DNA of 64,000 nucleotides from Dehalococcoidia bacterium (GCA_963555985.3 OY820591.1:2304001-2368000), one strand, 5' to 3'; shown: positions 16,735 to 26,831, counted from the first letter of the stretch. Numbers and translations are program-made. Notes: generated by a model not told the origin, from the letters alone.

Positions 16735-17499
16735 CTACGAGCCGAGGTCGTTGAGGAATAACGAAACGGCGTCGTTGAAAGCGGACGGATTGTCGATGTT
16801 GGCGGCGTGACCGGCGTCTGGGACGACGACGTGCGTGCTGTTGAGGATCCGGTTCGCCATGTAGTCGGTCCCGGCCAGGAACGGCGTGTCGTTCTCGCCG
16901 ACGAGGACGAGCGTAGGCTTCTCGATCGATTTGAGCGATTGGATCACGCGGTTGTCGAACTGCGCCAGCATCCCCCGCGCAGCCCTAGCCAGACCCGCTG
17001 CCGAGCGGTGCGTCGAAACCCGTACCTCCTCGGAACCGCCCAGCGCCGCCAGACCGTCCTGCTCCAACGCCTCCGCCCGAGGAATCGCCATGCCGGTGTT
17101 CCAACCCTCACGAGCCTTGGGGTTGTTGTAACCGGGACCGGTGTCGAACAGCATCAGCGCCCGCGTCCGCTCGGGATGGACGAGGTGGAACGCTAGCGAC
17201 ATATACCCGCCCAGCGACAATCCGCCAATCACCGCGTCGTCCACACCTTCGGCGTCCAGAATCGCCGCCATGTCCGCCACCGTCTCCGCCTCGCTGTAGC
17301 AGGACAAGTCCTCAGGCGAATCGGTCTGCCCATGCCCGCGCATGTCCCAGACGATCAGCCGATAATCCGCCGAAAGCAGCTCCAGCTGCCCAGCCCACAT
17401 CTGCGAAGTCGCCCCATACCCATGAGACAGCAGAATCGCCGGACCCGAACCCAGCGCCTCGTAGTAGACAGTCACCCCATCGCGCTCAATCGAAGCCAT
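16735..17499 (-). CDS. Alpha/beta-fold hydrolase
   Basis: LSHGY, WDMRGHGQT, GLSLGG nucleophile elbow, VGEND, AGHAAN. Confidence 0.92.
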   Translation of the reverse strand: MASIERDGVTVYYEALGSGPAILLSHGYGATSQMWAGQLELLSADYRLIVWDMRGHGQTDSPEDLSCYSEAETVADMAAILDAEGVDDAVIGGLSLGGYMSLAFHLVHPERTRALMLFDTGPGYNNPKAREGWNTGMAIPRAEALEQDGLAALGGSEEVRVSTHRSAAGLARAARGMLAQFDNRVIQSLKSIEKPTLVLVGENDTPFLAGTDYMANRILNSTHVVVPDAGHAANIDNPSAFNDAVSLFLNDLGS

Positions 17500-17561
17500 A
17501 CCAATCCTCCGCTCTGATCCACAGGATAAGCCCGAATCCTCTCTCTTATCCCTGCGCTTTC

Positions 17562-17588
17562 CGTCATTCCTGCGAAGGCAGGAACCTC
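17562..17588. repeat. CGTC-type REP palindrome
   Basis: CGTCATTCCTGCGAAGGCAGGAACCTC. Related copies occur near 24494, 36444 and 44423. Confidence 0.75.
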
Positions 17589-17709
17589 GAACCTCCAAGT
17601 CTCCCAACCACCCCAACGACAACTACAACACATCCAAACCAGTTTGCAAACCGAACATCCATCCAGATAAGATCAAGAGTCCTGGATTCCCCAAGAAAGG
17701 AACATCACC

Positions 17710-18036
17710 ATGCCCTTCGACTACACCTACCAATCCTCCATGACCGGCGTCGGCCAAATCGCCCGCTCCGACGAAGCCGGCCACGTCCGCATCAAAGCGC
17801 TCGCCATCCTCGTCCGCGAACTCTCCCCCGCCAACCCCAAACACCTCGAAATCTCCCGCGCCCTCGGACCTCAGCCCAGCCCCAACCCCACCTTCCCCGA
17901 ACGCCCCCTCACGCCCAGCGAGCGCAAAGAGTTCCACCTCCACCCGATCCCGGCCGATCTCGCCGCTCCTGCCCCCGCTGACGCCACGCCCGCGGACGAC
18001 GAGGAAAATACCGAGGAAGAGGACGACCCCTTCTGA
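17710..18036 (+). CDS. Hypothetical protein with Pro/Ala linker and acidic DDPF C-terminus
   Basis: RBS AAGAAAGGAA, upstream TTGCAA-N18-TAAGAT, downstream T-rich tract. No family recognised. Confidence 0.6.
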   Translation: MPFDYTYQSSMTGVGQIARSDEAGHVRIKALAILVRELSPANPKHLEISRALGPQPSPNPTFPERPLTPSERKEFHLHPIPADLAAPAPADATPADDEENTEEEDDPF

Positions 18037-18193
18037 TCCCCCGGCTGCCCTCTTTTTTTGAGCCTCTGTTTTTTTTCTGAGGCCGCCCCAAACAGCGCTC
18101 CACGCCCGTTGTTCTGAGCCCCGTGTCCAAACCCAGCCTTCCCGCCGCCGCCCTGCTCCTACACTGACCCCGCCTAGCCTCTGGAGTCCACCC

Positions 18194-20131
18194 ATGAGCC
18201 AACCCATCACCCCCGATATCGTCTACGACCTGCCCGGCGTCATCACACCCGCAATCTCACCCGACGGCGAGTGGGTCGCCTACGTCGCCGCCCGTACCGA
18301 CCGTGAGACCCAGCGGGGACAGTCGCACCTCGAACTCGCCCCGTTCGCCGGCGGCGAGTCGCGGCGTCTGACCGCCGGCCCCGCCGACAGCAGCCCGGCC
18401 TGGTCGCCCGACGGCTCGCAGATCGCGTTCCTGCGACCCGCCTCAAGCGATGACACCGCAGCCCACCAGATCTGGCTCCTCCCCACCGACGGCGGCGAAG
18501 CCCAGCGGCTCACCGACCTGCCCCACCACATCGCTTCGATCGAATGGCTGCCCGACGGCTCAGGACTGATCGCCGTCGTCGACATTGACCCCCAGCGCCA
18601 TCAACCCACCGATCTGCCCCAAACCCAGGTAATCCGCGACGTCTACTACCGCGGCGACGAAGTCGGCTACCGAATCGACGCCTGGCATCATCTCTTCCGC
18701 GTCGATGCGAGTACCGGCGAGTGCACCCAGCTCACCTTTGGCGACTACACCAACGCACATCCCACCGTCTCGCCCAATGGCCGCTGGATCGCCTTCGCCT
18801 CCGATCGCGGACCCGACCGCCGCAACCGCCGTCCCTTCGGCAGCGAGCTCTGCGTCATCGCCACTGAGGGCGGACACGTCGAACGCCTGACCTCGGGTGT
18901 GCAATCGGTCAGCCGCCCCTGCTGGTCGCCCGATGGACAATCGCTCGCGGTCGCACTCACCGACATGTCCCAGCGGCATCAGTCCTACCTCTACCGGATC
19001 GAGCGTTACAGCGGCGAACGCACGCGGCTGACCGACGACACTGTCAATCCCCAAAGTGGATTCTTCCCGCTCGCGCCCCCGCCGGCGATGGTCTGGTGCG
19101 GCGACCAGATCATATTCGCGGCCGATGTGCGCGGGCGCTCCGCGATCTACCAAGTCGCGTCCGATGGAAGCAGCGAACCTGTCGCGCTCCGAGCCGAAGC
19201 GGAACTGATCAACGGCGTCGACATCAGCGCCGACGGATCACGGATCGCAGCGATCGTCACCAACCCCGCCGACCCGGGCGAACTCATCACACTGACGGAC
19301 GAAACCGTCACTCAAATCACCCAGGCATCCGCCGAATACACGTCCGCGCACGAAGCCGGCGCAGTCGAAATCTTCACGATCGAGCGCGACGGCTGGGAAA
19401 TCCCCTGCGGCCTGATGTTCCCGCCCGGCTTCGATCCGGACGGCTCCTATCCGCTCGTGATCGAAATCCACGGCGGACCCAACGGCTTCTTCGGCGAAGG
19501 TTTCAATGCCCTCCACCAAGTCATCGCCGGAGCCGGCTACATCGTCCTCTTCGTCAACCCGCGCGGCTCCTCCACCTATGGCGGCGACTTCACCGACGCC
19601 GTCACCGCCGACTGGGGCGGCGAGGACTCGCTCGACCTGCTCGCCGCCCTCGATCACGTCTGCGAGCGCCCCTACGTGGACTCGTCGCGGCTGGGCGTAC
19701 ACGGCTACTCCTACGGCGGCTACATGACCACCTGGCTGGTCGGCCACGACCACCGCTTCAAGGCGGCGGTCGCCGGCGCTCCGGTAGTCAACCTCGATTC
19801 CATGTGGGGCACCTCCGATATCGGCCCCTCCTGGGGCGGCTACCAGTGGGGCGGACTCCCCGGCGAAAATCACGACTGGTACCGAGAACGCTCACCCTTG
19901 ACCTATGCGCCCGATGTCCAGACCCCCGTCCTGATCATGCACGGCGACGCCGACCATCGCGTCCCCATCGCCCAGGGCGAGGAGTACTTCGCCGCCCTCC
20001 GCTACCGAGGCAAACCAGCCGAATTCGTCCGCTTCCCCGGCTGCTCCCACCTCTTCCTCCGCACCGGCCACCCCGCCCTCCGCCGCGAGTACTACCAGCG
20101 CTTGATCGACTGGCTCGACTGCTGGTTATAG
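18194..20131 (+). CDS. S9-family peptidase (acylaminoacyl/dipeptidyl aminopeptidase)
   Basis: PD40-like WSPDG repeats, IHGGP, NPRGSSTYG, GYSYGG, HGDADHRVP, GCSH. Confidence 0.94.
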   Translation: MSQPITPDIVYDLPGVITPAISPDGEWVAYVAARTDRETQRGQSHLELAPFAGGESRRLTAGPADSSPAWSPDGSQIAFLRPASSDDTAAHQIWLLPTDGGEAQRLTDLPHHIASIEWLPDGSGLIAVVDIDPQRHQPTDLPQTQVIRDVYYRGDEVGYRIDAWHHLFRVDASTGECTQLTFGDYTNAHPTVSPNGRWIAFASDRGPDRRNRRPFGSELCVIATEGGHVERLTSGVQSVSRPCWSPDGQSLAVALTDMSQRHQSYLYRIERYSGERTRLTDDTVNPQSGFFPLAPPPAMVWCGDQIIFAADVRGRSAIYQVASDGSSEPVALRAEAELINGVDISADGSRIAAIVTNPADPGELITLTDETVTQITQASAEYTSAHEAGAVEIFTIERDGWEIPCGLMFPPGFDPDGSYPLVIEIHGGPNGFFGEGFNALHQVIAGAGYIVLFVNPRGSSTYGGDFTDAVTADWGGEDSLDLLAALDHVCERPYVDSSRLGVHGYSYGGYMTTWLVGHDHRFKAAVAGAPVVNLDSMWGTSDIGPSWGGYQWGGLPGENHDWYRERSPLTYAPDVQTPVLIMHGDADHRVPIAQGEEYFAALRYRGKPAEFVRFPGCSHLFLRTGHPALRREYYQRLIDWLDCWL

Positions 20132-21430
20132 CTACTTCTGCGGCCGCATCACCGCCGCCAGCGGCCGCAGCGTCCCCCGCAGCACGGCCTCCGCAGACGG
20201 GATCCGGATGCTCGGATCCTTCATCCGCAGATAGATCAGTCCAAGCACGACGCTAATCACGATCCCGGCCAGACCCATCAGGATGAACACTTCCTGCTCG
20301 CCGATCACGTCGGCGAGCTGACCGAATCCAAGCCCGGTGAACGACTGCACCCCGAACGGGAGAAAGGTGAGCGCAGTGACCCGCCCGTGGTACTCCCGAT
20401 CCGACTGGCGAATCACCTCCGCCGTGTTGAGCGTCTGGAAGGCCGAAAACCCGGAGCCGATCAGGAAAACGACCGGCAACATCACCAGCGCGTTCGGCGT
20501 GACTCCGAGCAGGGCGACGCCCAGGGCAAAGGCCACGCTCATGATCAGCAGCACGCCGCCCGACCAGCGCGTTCCGACCACGCCGGCGACCGAGAGTCCG
20601 ACGATGAACGACCCGACGCCCATGGGCCAGGTCGTGAGACCCAGGTTTCGGGACTCGATGCCGAACACGTTCTCGAGCAGTCCGGGCAGGATGTTCTGAT
20701 ACGGGCCCGCTGTCGCGGAGACCAGCAGCAGGGTCGCCAGCAGCACCCGCAGCCTGGGCTGACGCCAGGCGTAGCGCAGACCCAACAGCAGTTCGCGCGT
20801 CACCGAGCCGCGCGGCACATTGCGCGGGCTGCCCGGAGGCATCAGGTAAAGCGAGAAGATCGTCACCACCAAAATGCCGGCCATGATGAAGTACGCCCCG
20901 TCCGCGCCGATGAAGGGCGCAAAGAGCAGCAACGAGCCGAGCACGGGACCAACCGATTGCGGGAACGTGAGCCCGGTTTGGAGCAGCGCCACCCCGTTCC
21001 CGACCAGCCGCGGCGGCACGATATCGGCAACGTAGGCTCGGCGCGACGGCCCAGTGAAAGCGAAACACGCGCCGAGGAAGAGCGTGCTGACCGTCAGCCA
21101 GATCACCTCGATCCGGCCGATCACGATCAGGAACCCGATAATGGCGTAGTTGATGCAGATCGCCGTCTGCGCGAGCACGATCAAGCGCCGCTTCGAGAGC
21201 CGGTCGGTCAGCGCGCCCGCGAACGGCCCGATGAAGAACCAGGCGATCCCGTTGCCCGCCATCGCCAGCGCAACCGAGGAGTTGGTCCCGCCCAGGTCGA
21301 AGGCCACAATCGGCAGCACCGTGAAGTTCATCGAGAACGACATGAACGCCATCACAGTCAACAGCCAATGCAGCCGGAAGAGTCCGACTCCAAAAGCGGC
21401 AAACGTCTGCTGGGCGCCCGAACGCAACAT
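20132..21430 (-). CDS. MFS transporter
   Basis: About 12 hydrophobic segments and motif A GALTDRLSKRR. Start MLRSGAQQ at 21430. Confidence 0.88.
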   Translation of the reverse strand: MLRSGAQQTFAAFGVGLFRLHWLLTVMAFMSFSMNFTVLPIVAFDLGGTNSSVALAMAGNGIAWFFIGPFAGALTDRLSKRRLIVLAQTAICINYAIIGFLIVIGRIEVIWLTVSTLFLGACFAFTGPSRRAYVADIVPPRLVGNGVALLQTGLTFPQSVGPVLGSLLLFAPFIGADGAYFIMAGILVVTIFSLYLMPPGSPRNVPRGSVTRELLLGLRYAWRQPRLRVLLATLLLVSATAGPYQNILPGLLENVFGIESRNLGLTTWPMGVGSFIVGLSVAGVVGTRWSGGVLLIMSVAFALGVALLGVTPNALVMLPVVFLIGSGFSAFQTLNTAEVIRQSDREYHGRVTALTFLPFGVQSFTGLGFGQLADVIGEQEVFILMGLAGIVISVVLGLIYLRMKDPSIRIPSAEAVLRGTLRPLAAVMRPQK

Positions 21431-21493
21431 TGCCGTTGATCCTATGCTGACCTCAGCAGCGAAGCTGTCTTGACCGCAACCCGGAGCACACCG

Positions 21494-22039
21494 ATGGACG
21501 TCGACCAGGCCATCCGCGAGCGCCGCACCATCGGCGCATTCACCAAACAGCCCGTCCCCCGCCAAGAAGTCGAAGCGCTCATCGACGCCGCGACCTGGGC
21601 TCCAAATCACAAGCACACTGAACCCTGGCGCTTCCACGTCGTCGCCGGCGACGCTCGCGAAGCGCTCGCCGACGCAATCGTGGCCGAGGCGGAAGCCGCA
21701 GGAGTCAAGCACAAGAAAGACCCGCGCGGTAAGCTGCTGCGCTCGCCTCAGTTCATCGCCGTCACTCAAACAGCCGTCCTCGACGACCCCGTGCGCGACC
21801 GCGAAGACTACGCCGCTGTCTGCTGCGCCGTCCAGAACCTGATGCTGGCCGCCCACGCACGCGGCCTGGCAACCAAGTGGAGCACCGGCACACTGGCCGA
21901 GTCGAACGCCGCCAAACGCTGGTTCGGCCTCAAGCCCCAAGATCGCATCGTCGCCTACGTCTACCTCGGCTACGCGCCGGAGAACGTCCGCATCCCGCCG
22001 CCCGAACGTCAGCCCGCAGTCGTTGAGTGGCGCGTCTAG
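21494..22039 (+). CDS. Nitroreductase family protein (YdjA-like)
   Basis: AIRERRTI, WAPNHKHTEPWRF, AVQNLMLAAHARGL. Confidence 0.9.
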   Translation: MDVDQAIRERRTIGAFTKQPVPRQEVEALIDAATWAPNHKHTEPWRFHVVAGDAREALADAIVAEAEAAGVKHKKDPRGKLLRSPQFIAVTQTAVLDDPVRDREDYAAVCCAVQNLMLAAHARGLATKWSTGTLAESNAAKRWFGLKPQDRIVAYVYLGYAPENVRIPPPERQPAVVEWRV

Positions 22040-22148
22040 AGCCGTCTAGCGCACGCACGATCTCCTCTCCCTCCGCATTGCAGGAGAGATGAGGTCTGGC
22101 GCAAATCGCCTCCCAGCGCTTGCGCGGCGCGGGGGCAGCAACGACCAC

Positions 22149-22793
22149 TCAGCGCGACCGCTCGTGGATGAACGCAGCAATCGCATCTGCCGCATCAACC
22201 AGGTTGTCCTCCTGCGTCCGCCCCGAGCGTTTGCGCGGCCTCAAACCGTGATCGCCGTCCCCGACCCAATGCAGCCGAATCGTTGGGCTCAGGTCATACG
22301 CCTCAACCTCCTCGCGGTTGCCATACTCATCGCGTTCGCCTTGCACGATCAAGGTGGGCGTGTTGAGGAGTTGCAGATGCACGGTCATCGCCCGCGAAGG
22401 ATCACGCGGCGCATGAAACGGATAACTCACACACACCAGTCCGGCGGGCTCCACCGAATCCGCAATGTAGCTCGCCACCCGCCCACCCATGCTGCGCCCG
22501 CCGAAGAAGAGCTGATGCGTGGGCACGCCTTGCTGAGACAGCTGCTGGATCACCTGGAACCAGGCTGAGGCGAGGACGTCATCGGGATCCGGCGGCCAAG
22601 GACGGCGTCCCGCTTCCATGGCGCGGCGCATGTAGGGGAAGTCGAAACGGGCCACGCGCACGCCACGCTCGGCGATCAGTTCGGCCAGCCGAGTGGTGTT
22701 CGGGTGAGTCGAGGAGGCGCCCGCTCCGTGCGTCAGCACGAGCGTGGGCGCGGGCGGCGACTCTGGCAGGTTCCAGATCAGCGGCGTGTCCAT
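22149..22793 (-). CDS. Alpha/beta hydrolase (KANL3/Tex30-like)
   Basis: LTHGAGA, RFDFPY, GGRSMGGRVAS, SYPFH, QGERDEYG, GDHGL. Confidence 0.88.
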   Translation of the reverse strand: MDTPLIWNLPESPPAPTLVLTHGAGASSTHPNTTRLAELIAERGVRVARFDFPYMRRAMEAGRRPWPPDPDDVLASAWFQVIQQLSQQGVPTHQLFFGGRSMGGRVASYIADSVEPAGLVCVSYPFHAPRDPSRAMTVHLQLLNTPTLIVQGERDEYGNREEVEAYDLSPTIRLHWVGDGDHGLRPRKRSGRTQEDNLVDAADAIAAFIHERSR

Positions 22794-22807
22794 GTGTCGG
22801 CAAGCCG

Positions 22808-23896
22808 TCAGCGAGTTCGCGCGATAATCGGAGCCATCTCGTCGATCAGATCGTTGGCCGCCGCCGGATCGAGGGCAGTCAGAGCCAAGTGATCGACTCC
22901 GTGCGCGGCGGCTTGCTCCGACTTCCGGATGATTTGGTCCGGCGTGCCGATGATCATGTCTTCGAAACGGTCCTGGGTGATGAAGCGCTCCTCGCCTTCT
23001 TTGAGATAGCTGTAGTGGCCCTCGTGCACATCAAGGTAGAGGCGGTCGAGCGGCCGCCCGCGCGCCTCCGCGTATTGCGTGATGTACTGGTTGTACTCTG
23101 CTGCGGCGTCGGGGTTTGCGCCCTTGAGATTGCCGCCCCAGCCGCCGTACTCGGACTCCCAGAGGGTGTGGTTGTAGACCGCCGCGACCGCGCCGGCGCG
23201 GTGGATGACGCGCTCGGACATGATGTCCTCGCCCTCTTCGAGCACGCAGGCTCCGGTCAATCCAACCGTGTACGGCTTCTCAGTGGAACGTCCTGCGGAG
23301 CGGGCGGCGTCCTCGATGATCGGGAACCCGGAGTCGAGCCACGGCCCCGTCCCTGATGTCACCCAGCCGTCGCCGACCTCACCCACAACCGCAGTCGCCC
23401 GCGGGCCGTTGGCGGCGAGGTAGATCGGGATGTGGTCCTTGATGTTGTAGAAGTCGGGATGGTCGGGATGGATCAGGCGGATCCAGGTCTCACGGCCGGT
23501 GACGTCGTCGGTGTGGAGGATGTCGTTGCCATCAAGCAGATCGCGCACCTGCTGCGCGTAAGCGCGGAACTTGGCCACGGGATACGAGGGCAGACCCATC
23601 GTGTTGCGTCCGGTGTAACCGGTACCCAGCGCCAGAATCGTGCGGCCCGGCGCGAGCTTGTTGATCGTTGCTATCGCAGAGGCGGTCACCGGCGCGATCC
23701 GATTGGACGGAATCGAGACCAGCGTGCCCAGCTTGATTGTCGATGTGCGCTCGGCGGCGAGCGCCATCGCCGCGTAGCAGTCGGACCAGATCAGCTGCGA
23801 GTCGGGGAACCAAGCGTGGGTGAAGCCCGCCTGCTCGGCGCGGACGACTTCCTTCCACATGTCGATGTAGGTGGGAACGAGCAGTCCGTAGTCCAT
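22808..23896 (-). CDS. LLM-class flavin/F420-dependent oxidoreductase
   Basis: AWFPDSQL, APGRTILALGTG, PIYLAANGP. RBS GAGGAGG. Confidence 0.9.
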   Translation of the reverse strand: MDYGLLVPTYIDMWKEVVRAEQAGFTHAWFPDSQLIWSDCYAAMALAAERTSTIKLGTLVSIPSNRIAPVTASAIATINKLAPGRTILALGTGYTGRNTMGLPSYPVAKFRAYAQQVRDLLDGNDILHTDDVTGRETWIRLIHPDHPDFYNIKDHIPIYLAANGPRATAVVGEVGDGWVTSGTGPWLDSGFPIIEDAARSAGRSTEKPYTVGLTGACVLEEGEDIMSERVIHRAGAVAAVYNHTLWESEYGGWGGNLKGANPDAAAEYNQYITQYAEARGRPLDRLYLDVHEGHYSYLKEGEERFITQDRFEDMIIGTPDQIIRKSEQAAAHGVDHLALTALDPAAANDLIDEMAPIIARTR

Positions 23897-24040
23897 GGTT
23901 CGCCTCCTCAAGTCTGTTCAGGTGTTCAGGCGCAATTTTTTTCCGAGGGCGGTCAGGCGCGATCCTCAGTGTATTGCTGGAGATCGTGCATCAGAGTGTT
24001 CAGGTTTGTTCAGTCCTGTTCAGTCGGATTGCAAGACTGG

Positions 24041-24100
24041 GGCGTTCGGGCTTGGACGGGCTTGTTCGGGCTTGGACGAGCTTGTTTGGGCTTGGACGGG
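24041..24100. repeat. 10-bp-period tandem repeat (CTTGKWCGGG-like, about 6 units)
   Basis: ggcgttcggg cttggacggg cttgttcggg cttggacgag cttgtttggg cttggacggg. Confidence 0.8.
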
Positions 24101-24364
24101 GCCTTGCGAACGCGGGCGGGCGCTCCGGCAGCAAGTGGAAGGTGTTTCGGCGAATTTTTTTTCCGGCGGAGGAAAAAGTGCGAAGATCCAGTGTTTTACG
24201 GGAGATCCTGCGTTTGGGGTGGAAGGTGGTGGAAGATTTGGCGATGGTATTGCCGGTGTGGAACCGGCCGCGCGGGGAAAGCAGACGGCAGACGGATGGC
24301 TCCGAGCGGGGTTGGGCGACCAGGGATGCCGTCATCGCGGGCTCGTTTCTCGATTGCACGTCAG

Positions 24365-24399
24365 CGTACAAATGTACTGTTAGGAGTGCAAGATGTCAA
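24365..24399 (-). promoter_or_regulatory. Sigma70-type promoter with overlapping LexA/Cheo-like box
   Basis: TTGACA (24399-24394)-N17-TACATT (24376-24371). AGTAC-N4-GTACG overlaps the -10. Confidence 0.55.
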
Positions 24400-24493
24400 G
24401 CGGTTGATTGGGATCCGCAATGGCTGGGAGCCCGCGGGGAATTTGAGTTGGACGGATTCCCGCCTGGGGAGGGCTTTGCGAAACCCCCATTTC

Positions 24494-24626
24494 CGTCATT
24501 CCAGGCTTGACCTGGAATCTCGTTCGGAGTTCGGTCTATCTGGTCGGGCGAGATTCCAGCTTTCGCTGGAATGACGAGAGCAGCGGGAATGCCAATTTGC
24601 AAAGGCCTCCCTACGCGGGAATGACG
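24494..24626. repeat. Cluster of CGTC-type REP palindromes in inverted arrangement
   Basis: CGTCATTCCAGGCTTGACCTGGAATCTCG ... CGAGATTCCAGCTTTCGCTGGAATGACG ... GCGGGAATGACG. Confidence 0.8.
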
Positions 24627-24658
24627 GAGGAGGGCGGGGACGGAGAGCTGATGCGTTC

Positions 24659-25747
24659 CTAACTCCGCTTGTGGATGACTTCGCGGGAGAAGTCGGCGAT
24701 GATCTCGCGGGCGCCGGCGGGGTCGTTGGCAGTCAAGGCGATGTTGTCGACGCCGATGGATTCGAGGTGTTCGAGCTTCTCGATGATCTGCGGGCCGGTG
24801 CCGACCAAGCTGCGCTCCAGCACCTGTGGGAAGATGAAGCGCTCTTCGCCCGGCTTGAGGTAGACCATGTGTCCCTCGTGCACATCTAGGTAGAGCCGGT
24901 CGTCCGGCGTGCCTTTGGCGGCGGAGTATTCGCGAATGTAGTTGTGGTACTCGCCGGCGAGATCGGGGTTGTCCATGCCCAGGTTCGCGCCGGGGCCGAA
25001 GGCTGCCTCCCACATCGCGTGGACGCCGGGCACCATGCCGGGGCCGAGAATCTGCATCACTCGCTCAGAGTTGATGGCCTCGCTCTCATGCAGGACCAGT
25101 CCTGCAGTGAGACCGACCGTGTACGGCTTCTCGGTACTGCGTCCGGCCGCCTCGGCTGCGGCGGCGATCACCGGGAAGCTTTGTTGGGCATTGAGACCCA
25201 TCCCGGTCGTCACCCAGCCGTCGCCGACTTCGCCCACCACGCCCATCGCCCGCGGGCCGTTTGCCGCGACGTAGATCGGGATGAAATCGTCCAGGTTGAG
25301 GAACTCGGAGCGGTGCCCGTGAATCAGGCGGATGTAGCGCTCTTGGCCGGTCACGTCGTCGGTGTAGAGCACGTCTTCGCCGTTGAGCAGCCCGCGCACC
25401 TGCTTGGCGTACTCGCGGTAGCGCGCGATCGGGTAGGCAGGCAGTCCCATCGTGTTGCGCCCGGTGTAGCCCGTACCGATACCAAGAATGATCCGGCCCG
25501 GCGCGAGCTTGTTCAGCGAGGCGACCGCCGATGCCGTTACCGGCGCGATCCGGTTCGAGGGAATCGAGACGAGGGTGCCCAGCTTGATCTTGGAAGTGTG
25601 ATGCGCCGCCAGCGCCATTGTCGCGTAGACATCGGAGTAGATCAGCTGCGAGTCATAGAACCAGGCATGGGTAAAACCCGCCTCCTCGGCCGCGACTGCT
25701 TCCTCCCAGGCGTTAATCCAGCTGGGAATCCCGATTCCGTAGTCCAT
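24659..25747 (-). CDS. LLM-class oxidoreductase, close paralogue of 22808-23896
   Basis: Shares KLGTLVSIPSNRIAPVTASA, GTGYTGRNTMGLP and RLYLDVHEGH. Confidence 0.9.
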   Translation of the reverse strand: MDYGIGIPSWINAWEEAVAAEEAGFTHAWFYDSQLIYSDVYATMALAAHHTSKIKLGTLVSIPSNRIAPVTASAVASLNKLAPGRIILGIGTGYTGRNTMGLPAYPIARYREYAKQVRGLLNGEDVLYTDDVTGQERYIRLIHGHRSEFLNLDDFIPIYVAANGPRAMGVVGEVGDGWVTTGMGLNAQQSFPVIAAAAEAAGRSTEKPYTVGLTAGLVLHESEAINSERVMQILGPGMVPGVHAMWEAAFGPGANLGMDNPDLAGEYHNYIREYSAAKGTPDDRLYLDVHEGHMVYLKPGEERFIFPQVLERSLVGTGPQIIEKLEHLESIGVDNIALTANDPAGAREIIADFSREVIHKRS

Positions 25748-25796
25748 GTCGTGCTCCTAGTGGTGTACGTGACTGGCTGAGGCGAAGCCGAGCGAC

Positions 25797-26795
25797 TTAC
25801 TTCAGCTGATACGTCGGCGGGGTCTCCCACTGATCGGTCGGTGGCGACTCTTGCGCGGCGACTGCGTGGAGTTCGTCTTGACGCTCGTACTCCTTCGCCT
25901 GCCGGATCTGGGCGCTGCGCTTGATCTTGCGCACCGTCGATCGCGCCGCCGTCAGCGGATTCGGTGCTTTCTTGACACCCCCATTGGCCTGCACCACGCC
26001 GCTGAGCCGCAGCGACTCCAGATGCGCCTGGACGTTGCCGTCGGCGGCTCGGCGAAGGCGCTTGTCGATCGTGTCGGCGTAGATCGCCTCCATGATCTGC
26101 CAAGAGGTCTTCGGTTCGCCGCCCTGGAGTTGCTCGAGGATCTGGTCTTCGCGCATCTGCCGGTGCGCGACGTACATCTCCAACCGGTCGCGGGCTTTGG
26201 CCTCCTCGCTGTCGCGGATCAGCGGGCCATGGCCCGGGCACAGCACCTGGATGTTCGGCAGTTCGAGCAGACGGCGCAGGGAAGCCATGTAGGAGTTGAT
26301 GTCGCCCACGACGGTGGTCGTGTTGCCGAGGATGGTGTCGCCCGTGAACAGCACGCCGTCTTCCTCAATGTAGTAACAGAGCGAATCGACGCTGTGTCCG
26401 GGCGATCCGATGATCTGGACGCGCACGCCGTTGTCGAGCGTGAGTTCCTGCCCGTCGGCGAAGGTGCGTACGTCTTTGTCGGGCAGGCGACCGCTGAGGA
26501 GCTCGACACCGTTCTCCGGTACTGCGACTTCGGCCTTGAGATGCTCGTGCACGTTCTTCAGGTTGCCGGAGTGGTCGAAGTGGTGGTGCGAGATTGCGGC
26601 GACGCCGATCTCGGACTGGTCAATCGCGGCGAGATAGCCGCGCAGCATCCACCAGAACTTGTCGATCGCTTCGCCGGAGTCAATCGTCAGCACCTGTCCG
26701 CAGGGTTGACCGACGATGTAGATGTTGGTCTGGGTGGGACGCATCGGCTCGGTCTCCGGGACCGGCACCATGCGCACGGAATCGCTGACTTGCAT
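25797..26795 (-). CDS. MBL-fold metallo-hydrolase (LACTB2-like)
   Basis: SHHHFDHSG, PGHSVDS, FTGDTILG, PGHGP, C-terminal winged-helix-like region. Confidence 0.9.
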   Translation of the reverse strand: MQVSDSVRMVPVPETEPMRPTQTNIYIVGQPCGQVLTIDSGEAIDKFWWMLRGYLAAIDQSEIGVAAISHHHFDHSGNLKNVHEHLKAEVAVPENGVELLSGRLPDKDVRTFADGQELTLDNGVRVQIIGSPGHSVDSLCYYIEEDGVLFTGDTILGNTTTVVGDINSYMASLRRLLELPNIQVLCPGHGPLIRDSEEAKARDRLEMYVAHRQMREDQILEQLQGGEPKTSWQIMEAIYADTIDKRLRRAADGNVQAHLESLRLSGVVQANGGVKKAPNPLTAARSTVRKIKRSAQIRQAKEYERQDELHAVAAQESPPTDQWETPPTYQLK

Positions 26796-26831
26796 CGTTT
26801 GTACCCCTCGTTGAACGCCCTGACATAGCGG

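Noticed and set aside
24041-24100. Tandem repeats as a CRISPR array (also 38488, 39710 and 40661)
   Set aside because: No unique spacers and no cas genes. The other three are coding repeats.
24000-24371. Minus-strand ORF in the long intergenic gap as a confident CDS
   Set aside because: It has atypical composition, runs through tandem repeats and matches no family. It is mentioned only within a finding.
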